Shown here: piece after piece, positions 13,201 through 26,365 of the stretch | Position numbering within the stretch: position 1 is the stretch's first letter | Layout of the letters: the number at the start of each line of letters is the position of its first letter | Source of the DNA: Macrostomum lignano | Lineage: Eukaryota | Assembly (NCBI GenBank): GCA_002269645.1 | Contig: NIVC01002393.1 | Span: forward strand, 1 to 64,000 | Reading direction: 5' to 3' | DNA length: 64,000 bases | Notes under the pieces: model-generated | The model's database searches: none | Seen by the model: the letters and a program-made list of their open reading frames with translations, nothing else | Told to the model about the DNA's origin: nothing | Made by a program: the position numbers and the translations under genes

Positions 13201-14630
13201 AAAAAGCAACAATATTGATGTAAAAATCAGCAATATTGATGTAAAAAACAACAATATTGAAGTAAAAAGCAACAATATTGATGTAAAAAGCAACAATATT
13301 GATGTAAAAATCAGTAATATTGATGTAAAAAGCAGCAATATTGAAGTAAAAATCAGCAAGATTGATGTAAAAAGCAACAATATTGATGTAAAAAGCAACA
13401 AGATTGACGTAAAAAGCAACAATATTGATGTAAAAGCAACAATATTGATGTAAAAAGCAACAATATTGATGTAAAAGCAACAATATTGATGTAAAAAGCA
13501 ACAAGATTGATGTAAAAAGCAGCAATATTGATGTAAAAAGCAGCAATATTGATGTAAAAAGCAGTAATATTGATGTAAAAATCAGCAATATTGATGTAAA
13601 AAACAACAATATTGAAGTAAAAAGCAACAATATTGATGTAAAAAGCAACAATATTGATGTAAAAATCAGTAATATTGATGTAAAAAGCAACAATATTGAT
13701 GTAAAAAGCAGTAATATTGAAGTAAAAAGCAACAATATTGATGTAAAACGCAACAAGATTGATGTAAAAAGCAGCAATATTGATGTAAAAAGCAGCAATA
13801 TTGATGTAAAACGCAACAATTTTGGTGTAAAAAGCAACAAGATTGATGTAAAAACCAGCAATATTGATGTAAAAAGCCACAGGATTGATGTAAAAAGCAA
13901 CAAGATTGACGTAAAAAGCAACAATATTGATGTAAAAAGCAACAATATTGTTGTAAAAATCAGTAATATTGATGTAAAAAGCAACAATATTGATGTAAAA
14001 AGCAACAATATTGATGTAAAAACCAGCAATATTGATGTAAAAAGCCACAGGATTGATGTAAAAAGCAACAAGATTGACGTAAAAAGCAACAATATTGATG
14101 TAAAAAGCAACAATATTGATGTAATAAAAACAATATTGATGTAAAAAGCAGCAAGATTGGTGTAAAAAGCAACAAGATTGATGTAAAAAGCAACAATATT
14201 GATGTAAAAAGCAACAATATTGATGTAAAAATCAGTAATATTGATGTAAAAAGCAACAATATTGATGTAAAAAGCAACAATATTGATGTAAAAATCAGTA
14301 ATATTGATGTAAAAAGCAACAATATTGATGTAAAAAGCAACAATATTGATGTAAAAAGCAACAATATTGATGTAAAAAGCAACAATATTGATGTAAAAAT
14401 CAGTAATATTGATGTAAAAAGCAACAATATTGATGTAAAAAGCCACAAGATTGATGTAAAAAGCAACAATATTGATGTAAAAAGCAACAATATTGATGTA
14501 AAAAGCAACAATATTGATGTAAAAAGCAACAATATTGATGTAAAAAGCAACAAGATTGATGTAAAAAGCAACAATATTGATGTAAAAAGCAACAAGATTG
14601 ATGTAAAAAGCAACAAGATTGATGTAAAAA
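10291..14630. repeat. 21-bp minisatellite AATATTGATGTAAAAAGCAAC, about 205 copies with higher-order structure
   Basis: 21-bp period read directly. Recurrent variant units, including 20-bp four-A units. Confidence 0.98.
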
Positions 14631-14820
14631 ACGATTAGATTGATTTCCAAAAAGCGGCAATATTAATTGATTGATACAGCATCCACTAGCGTATTCACTT
14701 TATACCAAAACATTTTTTTATATTTTAAAACATTTTATCTACATAAATTTTTTGATTATTGATTACACCTTCCCCAATAGAGCACGATGTGCAACCGAAA
14801 GCTCAGCCGCAGCTATTGCG

Positions 14821-14866
14821 CGGCGCATCTGAAGGCTGCGTACGGCTGTTCAGTCCAAGGACTAGG
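14821..14866 (-). mobile_element. 5'-truncated copy of the same SINE (or partner LINE) 3' tail
   Basis: cggcgcatctgaaggctgc(g/a)tacggctgtt matches 58208-58237 at 29 of 30 positions, with looser similarity beyond. Confidence 0.65.
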
Positions 14867-15689
14867 AATTTTTTACATTGATATTGACGTGAGGGATCAG
14901 TTGAGATTAGGAAAAATGTACCAAAGATTCTGTAACATTAAAACTAGGGTTACATTAAAACATCTGGATGGCCAAGACTTAAACTTTAGGTAGCAACAAT
15001 AAATTATGCATAATTTCTATTCGCTTGTTACGTTTTTTTTCTGTAGAAAATTCTAGAAATTGTGGACCTCTTCGCTATACTCAACCCACTATTCATTCTG
15101 AGCAGCACTGCACAGAGGGTTGGGTCAGGTACAGAATCGTCACACACACAATAGAACTCTACACTAAGAGCTCAATTTTCATCCAGCCTTCTCAGGCCAG
15201 GAGTTGGATGCGTCAGGTACGGGAGGGGGCGGCTACGTGCTTTGCACCCCTTCCCAAAATTCTAAGCCCTAATAAAACTGACTGCCAAGTACAATGCACT
15301 GCTGGGTCGCACAAGGCTTGAGCTTAAACCCTATTGTAGTGTGCACTAACCTGCTGCCTTTCTGCCAAAATATTCTCACTCCAAGTCTCTCTCTCCCCTA
15401 TCTCTGTTTTCAGCCCTCTCTCAACTACATAGCCTTTAGGGGAGCATCTTCTAAAAGGGCTTCATCCAGAACTCAGCCTCCACGCACTCACTCACTCCAC
15501 TATCGCTGGCCTCCAATGCAACAACAGTGCCTCACCTCTGCCCCAGCAACAACAATGGCCAGGACAGAGGACTGAAGCCCATTCTCTGTCTACCCCCTCT
15601 CTCTCTCTGCCTCTGTCTCTCCTAATCCATCTCTCTCTCTTCTCTGTTGTCAATGGCAACGAGGCAACGCGAGTCAGACTCTGTTTGGG

Positions 15690-15866
15690 AGGAGGCGGGC
15701 GCTGACGGCGGGTAGGAGAGGGGGTGGGGCGAGAAGCGGCATTTAAAAATTGCAAAATCTCGCTCAGAACCCGCGGCCGCTTCGCTCTGCATTGCAGCGC
15801 TAGGGAGGCACCTGCAGAGGCTCCGCCGAGCCCTTGTTGCCGGCCTGCAGTAAAGCCGAGGTAAGT
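15690..15866 (+). promoter_or_regulatory. GC-rich putative promoter and non-coding first exon, possibly of the GPCR gene
   Basis: Local CpG/GC island with GGGGCG and GGCGGG boxes, TTTAAAAA at about 15743, and a strong donor GAG|GTAAGT at 15861. The link to the GPCR is unproven. Confidence 0.35.
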
Positions 15867-17000
15867 TTTATCGATGCATAGTTAAATAGCATATTGTACT
15901 ATTTTTATCAGTAATGTTAATCATATGACCTAATTCATTGCACTATTTTGCTTCAGAGATGGATTAACATCTGAGGATTCGAGTTTGCACGTTGAGGCCT
16001 CTCCTAGCGCTATGATGTAGCGGCGGTGTTTGTTTATTTTTTTCTCAGCTGTTGTCATATTTCCTTAGTTTATTATTTTTTGTGTTTCTTCTATTGCTCT
16101 ATCTTTTCTTAGTTTAGATACTCGCCCGCACTACTGAGTTGATAACAATGTTAGTAGTTAGACAGCATATTTATTCAATTTTAAATAACGTAAAGAAAAA
16201 CTGGCATTAATTTTAACAAACACTACGCGTGCCTTAGCGATGAACAAAACGTAACGTACAAAATTGCGTGATTTTTTTCATTTTCTGAATTTTTGTTTTA
16301 ATATTTGGTCAGTTGATGCCAAGGTTCAAATATTGATTTGTTCCTAGCAACAATTGACAAAATAGCAAAAAAATGACGCTTGCTTGCAACGTGTCCGATA
16401 AAAATCTTGCTTACAAAACGATTTCATGCTTCTTATTGATATTTTGTTTAAATGATGCGCTCTGTGCTTTTTTTCAAACTGTGCATGCAAAACCTATTTG
16501 GTCCGTCCAAGGCTGTGATAAGCTGTAAATAGTAAAAGATACCGTAAATTTACAGTAAGAATACCGTACATTTTTGTTTTACCTCGATGCTTTTTAGATC
16601 TCTACCAGTGACATGTTCTGAGACTTCAGTTGTTTGATTTTTCACGTCACATCTATGCTACTTTTGTTTGCTAAGAATATGCGTCTTTTGCACCGATTAA
16701 ATATATACATTGAAGGTAAAATTACCTCTAATTCCTTTCGTTTTCTTCTAAAGATTAAAACTTGAAATGATGACTCATTTTTTAGCTCCATCTTATTTAT
16801 TTTTTTAAGACAAATAGTCAAAGGCTGCGTATTTTTTTTGCTGGCATGATTTGTTTCTTTTACTGCTTATAGTAGTCAAGTATGTGGTTTCTTGTCAAAA
16901 GCTTTAAATTTTTAGTAAAAAAATTCTAAGATTCTTTTAAAAAAGCTGTGGCTGTCGCAGTTGAGACTCTGAAACCGAGACCACAAGCAGCGCTGAGATC

Positions 17001-17512
<512 letters not shown>

Positions 17513-18117
17513 ACTAAAACCCAGAACCCCCTAGTTTTAGAGCACAATGACGGAATAGAGACGTGTTGGTCCAATGCAGTTCAGCGCAGCTGATATTGCC
17601 AGAACTGGGGCTTCAAACCCGTCCCAACTCAATCTGATTAATCTTCTGTTTGGTCGCAGGGAATAAAAGCATTTTTGCATTCACAATCAGAATATGTTAG
17701 ACGGATGAGATGGCTTGTATTAATGGGAAGACTTGATAGCCAACGCACAACCTAGAGAGGACTCATTATGCCTCAAGCAACACAGAACGCTTGGACGAAG
17801 CTGTGAACACAGGTTTTACTAGCTGCAGCTCTTGGGCAATAATCTGACCGGAACTGACTGCATTAGCACAGCAGAGTTTGCCACTTTCGCATGTAGAATT
17901 GTCATCAGCATAAATTTGTACTCAATCAATGGAATAGATTTGAGTGAATGTCCTCACGGGTTCCTGTCTGAATGTTTGACCACTTTTGTAGGAAGGTTTT
18001 CTGGGCGGTTGTGAATTAATTATATGCACTATAAATACTAGGGTATGAAGCTTAATGATATTTGCGTCTGCAGAGCACTAATCCTTTAATTTATGGTCTA
18101 GAAAGATTTGTCCTAGA

Positions 18118-18673
18118 GGATCTATTGCAGTCAGGCCTGATCGAGTCCTGAAGGATCTTTTGCAGTCAGGCCTGATCGGGTCCTGAAGGATCTGTTGCAG
18201 TCAGGCCTGATCGGGTCCTGAAGGATCTGTTGCAGTCAGGCCTGATCGGGTCCTGAAGGATCTTTTGCAGTCAGGCCTGATCGAGTCCTGAAGGATCTTT
18301 TGCAGTCAGGCCTGATCGGGTCCTGAAGGATCTGTTGCAGTCAGGCCTGATCGGGTCCTGAAGGATCTGTTGCAGTCAGGCCTGATCGGGTCCTAAAGGA
18401 TCTTTTGCAGTCAAGCCTGAGGGTCCTGAAGGATCTGTTGACTGAGGGTCCTAAAGGATCTATTGACTGAGGGTCCTAAAGGATCTATTGACTGAGGGTC
18501 CTAAAGGATCTGTTGCCTAAGGATCCTGAAGGATCTGCTGACTGAGGGTCCTGAAGGATCTGTTGCAGTCAAGCCTGAGGGTCCTGAAGGATCTGTTGCA
18601 GTCAAGCTTGAAGGTCCTGAAGGATCTGTTGCAGTCAAGCCTGAGGGTCCTGAAGGATCTGTTGCAGTCAAGT
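18118..18673. repeat. 35-bp minisatellite GGATCTGTTGCAGTCAGGCCTGATCGGGTCCTGAA grading into 25-bp and 33-bp derivatives
   Basis: GGATC starts at 18118 and 18153 (period 35). Shorter units follow from about 18420. Confidence 0.95.
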
Positions 18674-19160
18674 CTAAGCATCCTGAATTGTAGTTTGCAG
18701 ATAATCACTTTTATCGAATAACGTTCTCAAACAGTCCTTGGTCTAACTTAAGCTGGTGAGCCTTGAAAAACGTATCTTGCCCAACTGATTTATCACTATT
18801 GGCTTTTGCAAATGCCCCTAAGTCGAATAAAGCTCAACGTTCGCGCGCAAAGTATTTTCTTAACTGAACACTCAAGAAGATCTCGGATTCTGTTGTATGC
18901 TGCAGTTTATCTGACTGGGAACTCATGAAATACAGTTCTCTGATCTCGAAATTTTATCAGTTAATTGATTTTCCCTATTATTAATCAGCAGGCTCAGCGA
19001 ACTCATGATAGTACGAAATAAACTAAGGCTAAAACTGTGTGACCGGGGGGTCACTGTGACCCTTCTACCTTTTATGCACTTTTACGCTTGTTTCGTTTCT
19101 TTTAACATATAGCATTTAAAATTTTAATACAACTGCGCAAATCTCTTATCCCCTCAAATT

Positions 19161-19978
19161 CATGGCCGCAGTGTACATCGAGTGTGCAAATATCCTCTCT
19201 CTCAAATTCAGTCTATGGCCGCAGTGTACATCGAGTGTGCAAATATCCACTCACTCAAATTCAGTCTATAGCCGCAGTGTACATCGAGTGTGCAAATATC
19301 CACTCACTCAAATTCAGTCTATAGCCGCAGTGTACATCGAGTGTGCAAATACCCTCTCACTCAAATTCAGTCTATGGCCGCAGTGTACATCGAGTGTGCA
19401 AATATCCACTCACTCAAATTCAGTCTATGGCCGCAGTGTACATCGAGTGTGCAAATATCCACTCACTCAAATTCAGTCTATGGCCGCAGTGTACATCGAG
19501 TGTGCAAATATCCACTCACTCAAAATCAGTCTATAGCCGCAGTGTACATCGAGTGTGCAAATATCCACTCACTCGAATTCAGTCTATGGCCGCAGTGTAC
19601 ATCGAGTGTGCAAATACCCTCTCACTCAAATTCAGTCTATAGCCGCAGTGTACATCGAGTGTGCAAATATCCTCTCACTCAAATTCAGTCTATAGCCGCA
19701 GTGTACATCGAGTGTGCAAATATCCACTCACTCAAATTCAGTCTATGGCCGCAGTGTACATCGAGTGTGCAAATATCCACTCACTCAAAATCAGTCTATG
19801 GCCGCAGTGTACATCGAGTGTGCAAATATCCACTCACTCAAAATCAGTCTATGGCCGCAGTGTACATCGAGTGTGCAAATATCCACTCACTCAAAATCAG
19901 TCTATGGCCGCAGTGTACATCGAGTGTGCAAATATCCACTCACTCAAAATCAGTCTATGGCCGCAGTGTACATCGAGT
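19161..19978. repeat. 53-bp minisatellite CTATGGCCGCAGTGTACATCGAGTGTGCAAATATCCACTCACTCAAATTCAGT, about 15 copies
   Basis: Period 53 (19213 to 19266). Confidence 0.97.
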
Positions 19979-22222
19979 GGGTCAGAGAATATCTCTGAGT
20001 TAGTCCTTTTTAAATTAGTTGGTGGTCGATGATGTTTCTTCGCATGTGCTGCACTGAATAAATTCGATATTAGCTAAATGCTATGCATACATTATATAGT
20101 CTACGACATTGACTAAGCATGAAAAAATTGGTTTTTGAAAGCCAAAAGCTCTATCTTAAGTACACGCAGCTGTTGAGCTAATATTGAACCCTTCCTCCCG
20201 CGCGGCTCTGCAAAGATGCAGTTTGCACAGAATGAACGTCACGTTTTAGCTGGCTTCAGCTTCCAGATATAATTTTTGCTCAACATCGCCTGTTTTCTTT
20301 TAATTCCGTTCTGCTTGTTAACCCAATAGCGAATCAATGTTTGGAAGGTGCTTTTTCTAAGTTTCTACTGTCAAGGTTCGATTTACAGCTAAAATGTGCA
20401 AAATGTGCACCTGGCTAAACTGATTACGCAACATAAACATAGAAATACTATCCAAATATGTGAATAAAACTTTCTCTGTTGAATTTCCTGGGGCAGAGTT
20501 CACTGCTGAATTTTGAAGACACTGTCCGGTTGTTTACGTGCATGTAAAATTAGGTGTAAATTTAGACCAGTAAGTTTTGCGTGATGAAGCATCAAGTTGA
20601 CAAAGTTTACGATCTTATAACAGTCTAAAACAGCTTTATAGTGACAAGTAAAAAAGCAAAATCTTTCTTTGAAGTTTACTTGATATGCCTAGTAGTGTCA
20701 TTTACTATTCTTATTGTGTTAGCTTGTCTCTTGACTCGAAAGTCCCTGAGGCTGCAGACGGAATTCTAACATAAATAATCCCGTTTAGCATTTAGTGCCT
20801 TTCGCAGTCAGTCTCCAGTAGTTCTGGCAGGCTGACAGAATGAAAGTAGGTCGCACGGACACAACACCCACGCATTTCTTGTCAACTGTAGCGACTTGTT
20901 CCACGCGTTCGATCGCTTGGAAGGGAAGCCCCATTCTTTGCTTAATTTCACATTCCAATACCCATGAGGATGCGGGAAAAATTTTAATCTTCTGACCGTT
21001 GAGCTGCCGGCCCAATGCCGCCTTTCTGCTTTCAGTCCAGACTCATACATAATTCCACAATTTTACGTGTCTGACGTTGCGTGCCGATGGGCCGCCTCCG
21101 CCAGTGCCGCCGCCCAACTGAATATAATTAAGTCGGCGGCCATCCCCTTGTTCTGAGACAATTCAATTTTTCAAGCGATTTACTGCAGGGAAAAAAATAG
21201 ATTTTCTAACTCTTTGAATCGAATTTATTTGGCAAAGAACCAACTGGCACATTTAGATGTCTGCCAACGCACCCAACGTGCTCGGTGCCGACAGATCTCT
21301 GCTGCACGGGTAGTGATCTGGGTCTTTCATCTCGTCAGTCGGGATACATGTACTTTCCTACGATTGTTGGTTCCACTCTTGTTGGTTCCACTACAAAGTG
21401 CCTAACCCTTATCCAGTCGTTGATAGGGTCTTTTATTTCTGCCTGCAAGCTCCCAGCTTCACTCTGCCCCATTTCATCCCAACATCGCTTTTCAAAGCCT
21501 TCACTTTTTCCCCATATACATCGGCAGAATGCATGGGAAGTGACGCTTATAATAGTTTTCTAATCCCACTAATCTATCATGCGAAAACGGGGCAGGGTTG
21601 GTGGGTGGCCAACAACCGCCCTATATTTGCCTTCAGCCTTGCATAGCCTGCATGGGCTTATTGTATATGCAAGTCTATCCAGTGCTTTTCGCTGCATATG
21701 GCTCTCTGCATTGGATAACAGCCTGCTTAATCTCATATATCAGCCTGCTTGTGTACATGGCTTTATATCGTAGTCAGCATTACTCTAGTATTGTGATATC
21801 TAGATTCAAGCAAAAAAATTCGACGTGTAATGTACTGCAAATCGTGCATACTGGACTGATGCAGATGATGCATGCAGACAGTGCGAGTCAGGCTTGAAAC
21901 TTGCCGCGTCTTTTACTCGTTAGAAATCAAATCTAAATATCTATAAGACTAATTTAGTGAAGCTGGGCGGGTCCAACAACTTCATTCGTGCTGCAGTGTG
22001 CAGACCGAACGACGCGAACTGCAACAACATCACTTCCTGAGAGAGAGACAGAGTCACAGACGCCCCCCTCTACCCATTGGTCTTCAACTCCACAAGCCAG
22101 TCAGGCTTCGGCAAGGACACAGAGACATAATGTAGCTTCATCATAAGTCTGCGAACTGACTGGATAGGGTGAAGCTCTTCAACACAATTCAAGTCTTGAG
22201 CCTTTCGAATCTTATACTAGCA

Positions 22223-23599
22223 ATGAATTCTACAGAAAACAATTTCACAGATCTGGACCAGCAGGAGAAGCTGGGAAAATTATTGTTCACAAATTTGGAT
22301 CGCTACTTTCTGAGCTGGTACTTGCCTTTAGTGCTGCTTGTTGGCACGATTGGCGGCTTGTTCTGCACCTTGTTCATCTTCATGTCGAAAATGTTCCCCA
22401 AAATCATCCAGGTCTGGTTAGTTAGCATCTGCTTCGGCGACTTCATGATCCTCATCTGGGACGCTGGACGAATGTTCATCAAGCAGGCATTTGGTTACGA
22501 CTTCCGCGACCAAGGCTTGATTATCTGCAAGATGCAGGTCTACGTGAGCAACTTCTTCTTTTACTGGAGCGCCTACAACCAGGCCGCAATCTCCGTGCAA
22601 CGCCTCGTATTCATTGCGTCGCCGCTACGCGCTCGAACTCTGCTGAGCAGTCAACGAGTGTTCATAATCTGGGGCTGCCTCACTCTGCTGCTGCTCTTCC
22701 CCAACATTACCTACCTGCTCTATTGGCACATCGGCGAGCGAGACGACTGCGAACCAGTGGACAAATGGTTCTACTATGTGACGACCCTGGTGCACTTGAT
22801 TGTCTGGGGCATCATCCCGCTGGCCTCCATGCTGATCTGCACCGGCTGCATCTCCTACCGGCTTGTGGCCTACAAGCGGGGCCGCCAGTTCAAGGCCAAC
22901 AAGCCGAAGGACGAACGAAGAGAGTCTCGGACGCCTAAACCGCCAGCTCTGATCGGCGGACGGAGGCATGGCTCGGACCAGGGCGCTCACGTCACCCGTC
23001 TGTTGGTTTGCATTAACCTGTTCTACCTGTGCACCACATTTCCCCTGCTAATCTACATGATGGACTTGAACTTTCGATTGGAGAACAAAGTGGGCATCAA
23101 CATAGCCAAAAGTTTGCACAAGTTCTATTATTATCTGTTCAGATCGCTGTGCTTCCTCAACGCTAGCCTCAACTGGGTGTTCTACTGCGCCGCTGGTAAA
23201 ATCTTTCGCCAGAAATCCAAGCAGATTCTGTACAGGATCTTCTGCGGCAGGGCGGCGGCTGCGGCAGCCTTCGGCGGCACGGGCTCGCATCCGAGGTCCA
23301 CGATGGGCAATTGTCAGCACCATCTGGTGCAGGCCAGGGCCGGACGGCCGAGAGGCAGCGGAGTGGCTCTGGACACTGGAGGCATGGGCGGCAGCTCCGG
23401 CCTACTCAGCTCGCTGACTCCCATGGCCACCTCGACAACGGCGGCTGCTGCTGCAGGCACTCTGACCCCGATCGGCTACCAGATGTCCTTGAGTGAGTTC
23501 GGCGGCAGCAGGGCCAGGACTAGCGGCAATTCTCAGCGGATTCCGCACAGCGAACTGCAGGCAGCGATTCAACGACTGCAACAGGAGGACCGGCTCTGA
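22223..23599 (+). CDS. Intronless rhodopsin-family (class A) 7TM GPCR, peptide-receptor type (FMRFamide/sex-peptide-receptor-like orphan), 458 aa
   Basis: First ATG at 22223 (the track start at 22169 is GTG). N-terminal N-glycosylation sequons NST and NFT. Seven hydrophobic segments; TM2 Asp (CFGDF); TM3 Cys (CKMQ) and SVQRL at the DRY position; ECL2 Cys (DDCEP); TM5 IIP; TM6 FYLCTTFP; TM7 LNASLNWVFY followed by helix 8 GKIFR; low-complexity Ala/Gly/Ser tail. Confidence 0.93.
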   Translation: MNSTENNFTDLDQQEKLGKLLFTNLDRYFLSWYLPLVLLVGTIGGLFCTLFIFMSKMFPKIIQVWLVSICFGDFMILIWDAGRMFIKQAFGYDFRDQGLIICKMQVYVSNFFFYWSAYNQAAISVQRLVFIASPLRARTLLSSQRVFIIWGCLTLLLLFPNITYLLYWHIGERDDCEPVDKWFYYVTTLVHLIVWGIIPLASMLICTGCISYRLVAYKRGRQFKANKPKDERRESRTPKPPALIGGRRHGSDQGAHVTRLLVCINLFYLCTTFPLLIYMMDLNFRLENKVGINIAKSLHKFYYYLFRSLCFLNASLNWVFYCAAGKIFRQKSKQILYRIFCGRAAAAAAFGGTGSHPRSTMGNCQHHLVQARAGRPRGSGVALDTGGMGGSSGLLSSLTPMATSTTAAAAAGTLTPIGYQMSLSEFGGSRARTSGNSQRIPHSELQAAIQRLQQEDRL

Positions 23600-23796
23600 A
23601 CCGATGGATCTCTGAGTTTGAATTAGATTTGTTTCCTGATTTTGCATGCGCTCACATGTTGAATTAATCTGGTGTTGCGGTTTTCAATACAGTGTTAAAG
23701 GGTTGTCAGAAAACAGGGACTTAGTTGTAGGTTGACTTGTAGGTTGTCAGCTATTTAGGGTACTGTCAGATTTCTAATTTTGTGAGCTATGATGGT

Positions 23797-24619
23797 TACC
23801 AGATAAGGAGAGTTGTCAGATAAGGAGGGCTGTCAGATAAGGAGGGTTGTCAGATAAAAGGGTTGTCAGATAAGAGGGCTGTCAGATAAGGAGGGTTGTC
23901 AGATAAGGAGGGCTGTCAGATAAGGAGGGTTGTGAGATAAGGAGGGTTGTCAGATAAGGAGGGTTGTCAGATAAGGAGGGTTGTCAGATAAGGAGGGCTG
24001 TCAGATAAGAGGGTTGTGAGATAAGGAGGGTTGTCAGATAAGGAGGGTTGTCAGATAAGGAGGGTTGTCAGATAAGGAGGGCTGTCAGATAAGAGGGTTG
24101 TCAGATAAGGAGAACTGTCAGATAAGAGGGTTGCCAGATAAGGAGGGCTGTCAGATAAGAGGGTTGCCAGATAAGGAGGGTTGTCAGATAAGGAGGGCTG
24201 TCAGATAAGGAGGGTTGTGAGATAAGGAGGGCTGTCAGATAAGAGGGTTGTCAGATAAGGAGGGCTTTCAGATAAGAGGGTTGCCAGATAAGGAGGGTTG
24301 TAAGATATGGAGGGTTGTCAGATAAAGAGGGTTGTCAGATAAGAGGGTTTGAGATAAGGAGGGCTGTAAGATATGGAGGGTTGTCAGATAAGGAAGGTTG
24401 TCAGATAAGAAGGGTCGTCAGATAAGGAGGGTTGTCAGATAAGGAGGGTTGTCAGCTAAGGAGGGTCGTCAGATAAGGAAGGTTGTCAGATAAGAAGGGT
24501 CGTCAGATAAGGAGGGTTGTCAGATAAGGAGGGTTGTCAGCTAAGGAGGGTTGTCAGATAAGAGGGTTGTCAGATAAGGAGGGTTGTGAGATAAGGAGGG
24601 TTGTCAGATAAGGATTGTC
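23797..24619. repeat. 17-bp minisatellite GGGTTGTCAGATAAGGA, about 48 copies
   Basis: Period 17 (23944 to 23961), with 16-bp variants. Confidence 0.97.
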
Positions 24620-25188
24620 AGCAAGGAAAATCTTCATGAATTCATGCCCAACGGACAATTTTAATGTTGTCAAACCATCTCGAAAAGACAGTTCTCACTC
24701 AGCAAGGAAGTTTGTAAGTGTGTAAATGTGTCTAACAGTTATGATTTACTGTTTAAGCCCCCTTAGCAGTTTAACTAAATGTAGTCATTTTTGCGTCAAT
24801 ATGTTTATCTGTTCTCCTTATTGTTGTGCCACCCTGTTTAAACGGATCTATTTACTTTGCTTTTGGGAATAATGGAATTCTTCTATTAGGTAAATTGAGC
24901 ATTTTACAAGTGTTTATAGATTAAGTCCAATCGACACATGAAATTGGACAATTCAAAAAATGGCTACAGCATTTTTGCAAACTATAGAAATTTTGTAAAT
25001 TTTATCGATTGCGCCGTTGTTGCTTTGCATGTACTTGTAAATACCTACGCTCATATTACCAGATATTGTTACAATTTTTTTCGTGTCATGCAAAAACTTG
25101 AAGCGCGTTGGACAATTTAGGGTCATGATGTAGCTAGGGTCATCGACCCACATTTTTGAGTTAGAAACACTGTCTGTGTCAGACCCAA

Positions 25189-25660
25189 TTTGGGTCATAG
25201 ACATCACTTTGGGTCATAGGCACTTTGGGTCATAGGCACTTTGGGTCATAGAAACTTTGGGTCATAGACACTTTGGGTCATAGGCACTTTGGGTCATAGA
25301 CACTTTGGGTCATAGGCACTTTGGGTCATAGACACTTTGGGTCATAGAAACTTTGGGTCATAGAAACTTTGGGTCATAGGCACTTTGGGTCATAGAAACT
25401 TTGGGTCATAGACACTTTGGGTCATAGAAACTTTGGGTCATAGACACTTTGAGTCATAGGCACTTTGGGTCATAGACACTTTGGGTCATAGACACTTTGG
25501 GTCATAGGCACTTTGGGTCATAGAAACTTTGGGTCATAGACACTTTGGGTCATAGAAACTTTGGGTCATAGACACTTTGGGTCATAGACACTTTGGGTCA
25601 TAGGCACTTTGGGTCATAGACACTTTGGGTCATAGAAACTTTGGGTCATAGAAACTTTGT
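25189..25660. repeat. 16-bp minisatellite CTTTGGGTCATAG(G/A)(C/A)A
   Basis: Period 16 (25207 to 25223). Confidence 0.97.
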
Positions 25661-26099
25661 TCTTGAAAATTCTTGTAAGTTTTCATTCGGAAGATTTTTT
25701 CAAGCCCTAAAGATTGTTACCATCACAGATGACCAAACGAAGATATTTTTCATGTACAAGTTCATAAGATTTTTTAACGTTTCTGAATCTTGGAAGTGAT
25801 TCGTTTTGTTTTAAATTTAGAACGCGTATTTAAAACGAATCATCATGCATGTAATTGTTTATGCTTGTAATTCTGCAATTAGATATGATTGTTGTGTAAC
25901 AAAACTAAATACATATATTTTTTAACACCATGCTCCACTGCCATTTGAGACGTGCACTACATGGCAAATAACGCTCACTGGTTTTCTCTGTTTAATTTTA
26001 AAAAGTCGATGAACGAAGGATATAAAGAAAAATTCGGGGGTATCTGGGGGGGGGGAACTTTTTGGTTTGGGAAATCACGAAGTAATTTAGCGGTGAAGG

Positions 26100-26365
26100 G
26101 GAATTCAGGTGAAAGGGAATTAATGGAAACGAAATTCAGGTGAAAGGTGAACTCAGGTGAAAGGTGAACTCAGGTGAAGGGGAATTCAGGTGAAGGGGAA
26201 TTCAGGTGAAATGGAATTCAGGTGAAATGGAATTCAGGTGAAGGGGAATTCAGGTGAAGGGGAATTCAGGTGAAGGGGAATTCAGGTGAAAGGGAATTCA
26301 GGTTAAGGGAAATTCAGGTTAAACGAAATCAGGTAAAGGGGAGTTCAGGTAAAGGGGGCATTCAG
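26100..26365. repeat. 16-bp minisatellite CAGGTGAAGGGGAATT
   Basis: Period 16 (26171 to 26187), degenerate at both ends. Confidence 0.93.

Noticed and set aside
10155-14660. Very long ORFs (up to 856 aa: LLFTSIL, FYINIVA, HQYCCFL, NIDVKSS repeats)
   Set aside because: These are translations of the 21-bp array. Amplified 20-bp units shift the frame repeatedly, and there is no splice or domain context.
19161-19978. 53-bp and other regular arrays as possible CRISPR arrays
   Set aside because: Units are head-to-tail with no unique spacers, there are no cas genes, and the context is eukaryotic.
20785-21897. Several 60-100-aa ORFs upstream of the GPCR
   Set aside because: No motifs, no consistent splice phases, and they overlap in conflicting frames.
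22169-22222. GTG-initiated N-terminal extension of the GPCR
   Set aside because: Non-AUG start. The ATG at 22223 is followed by a typical glycosylated N-terminus.
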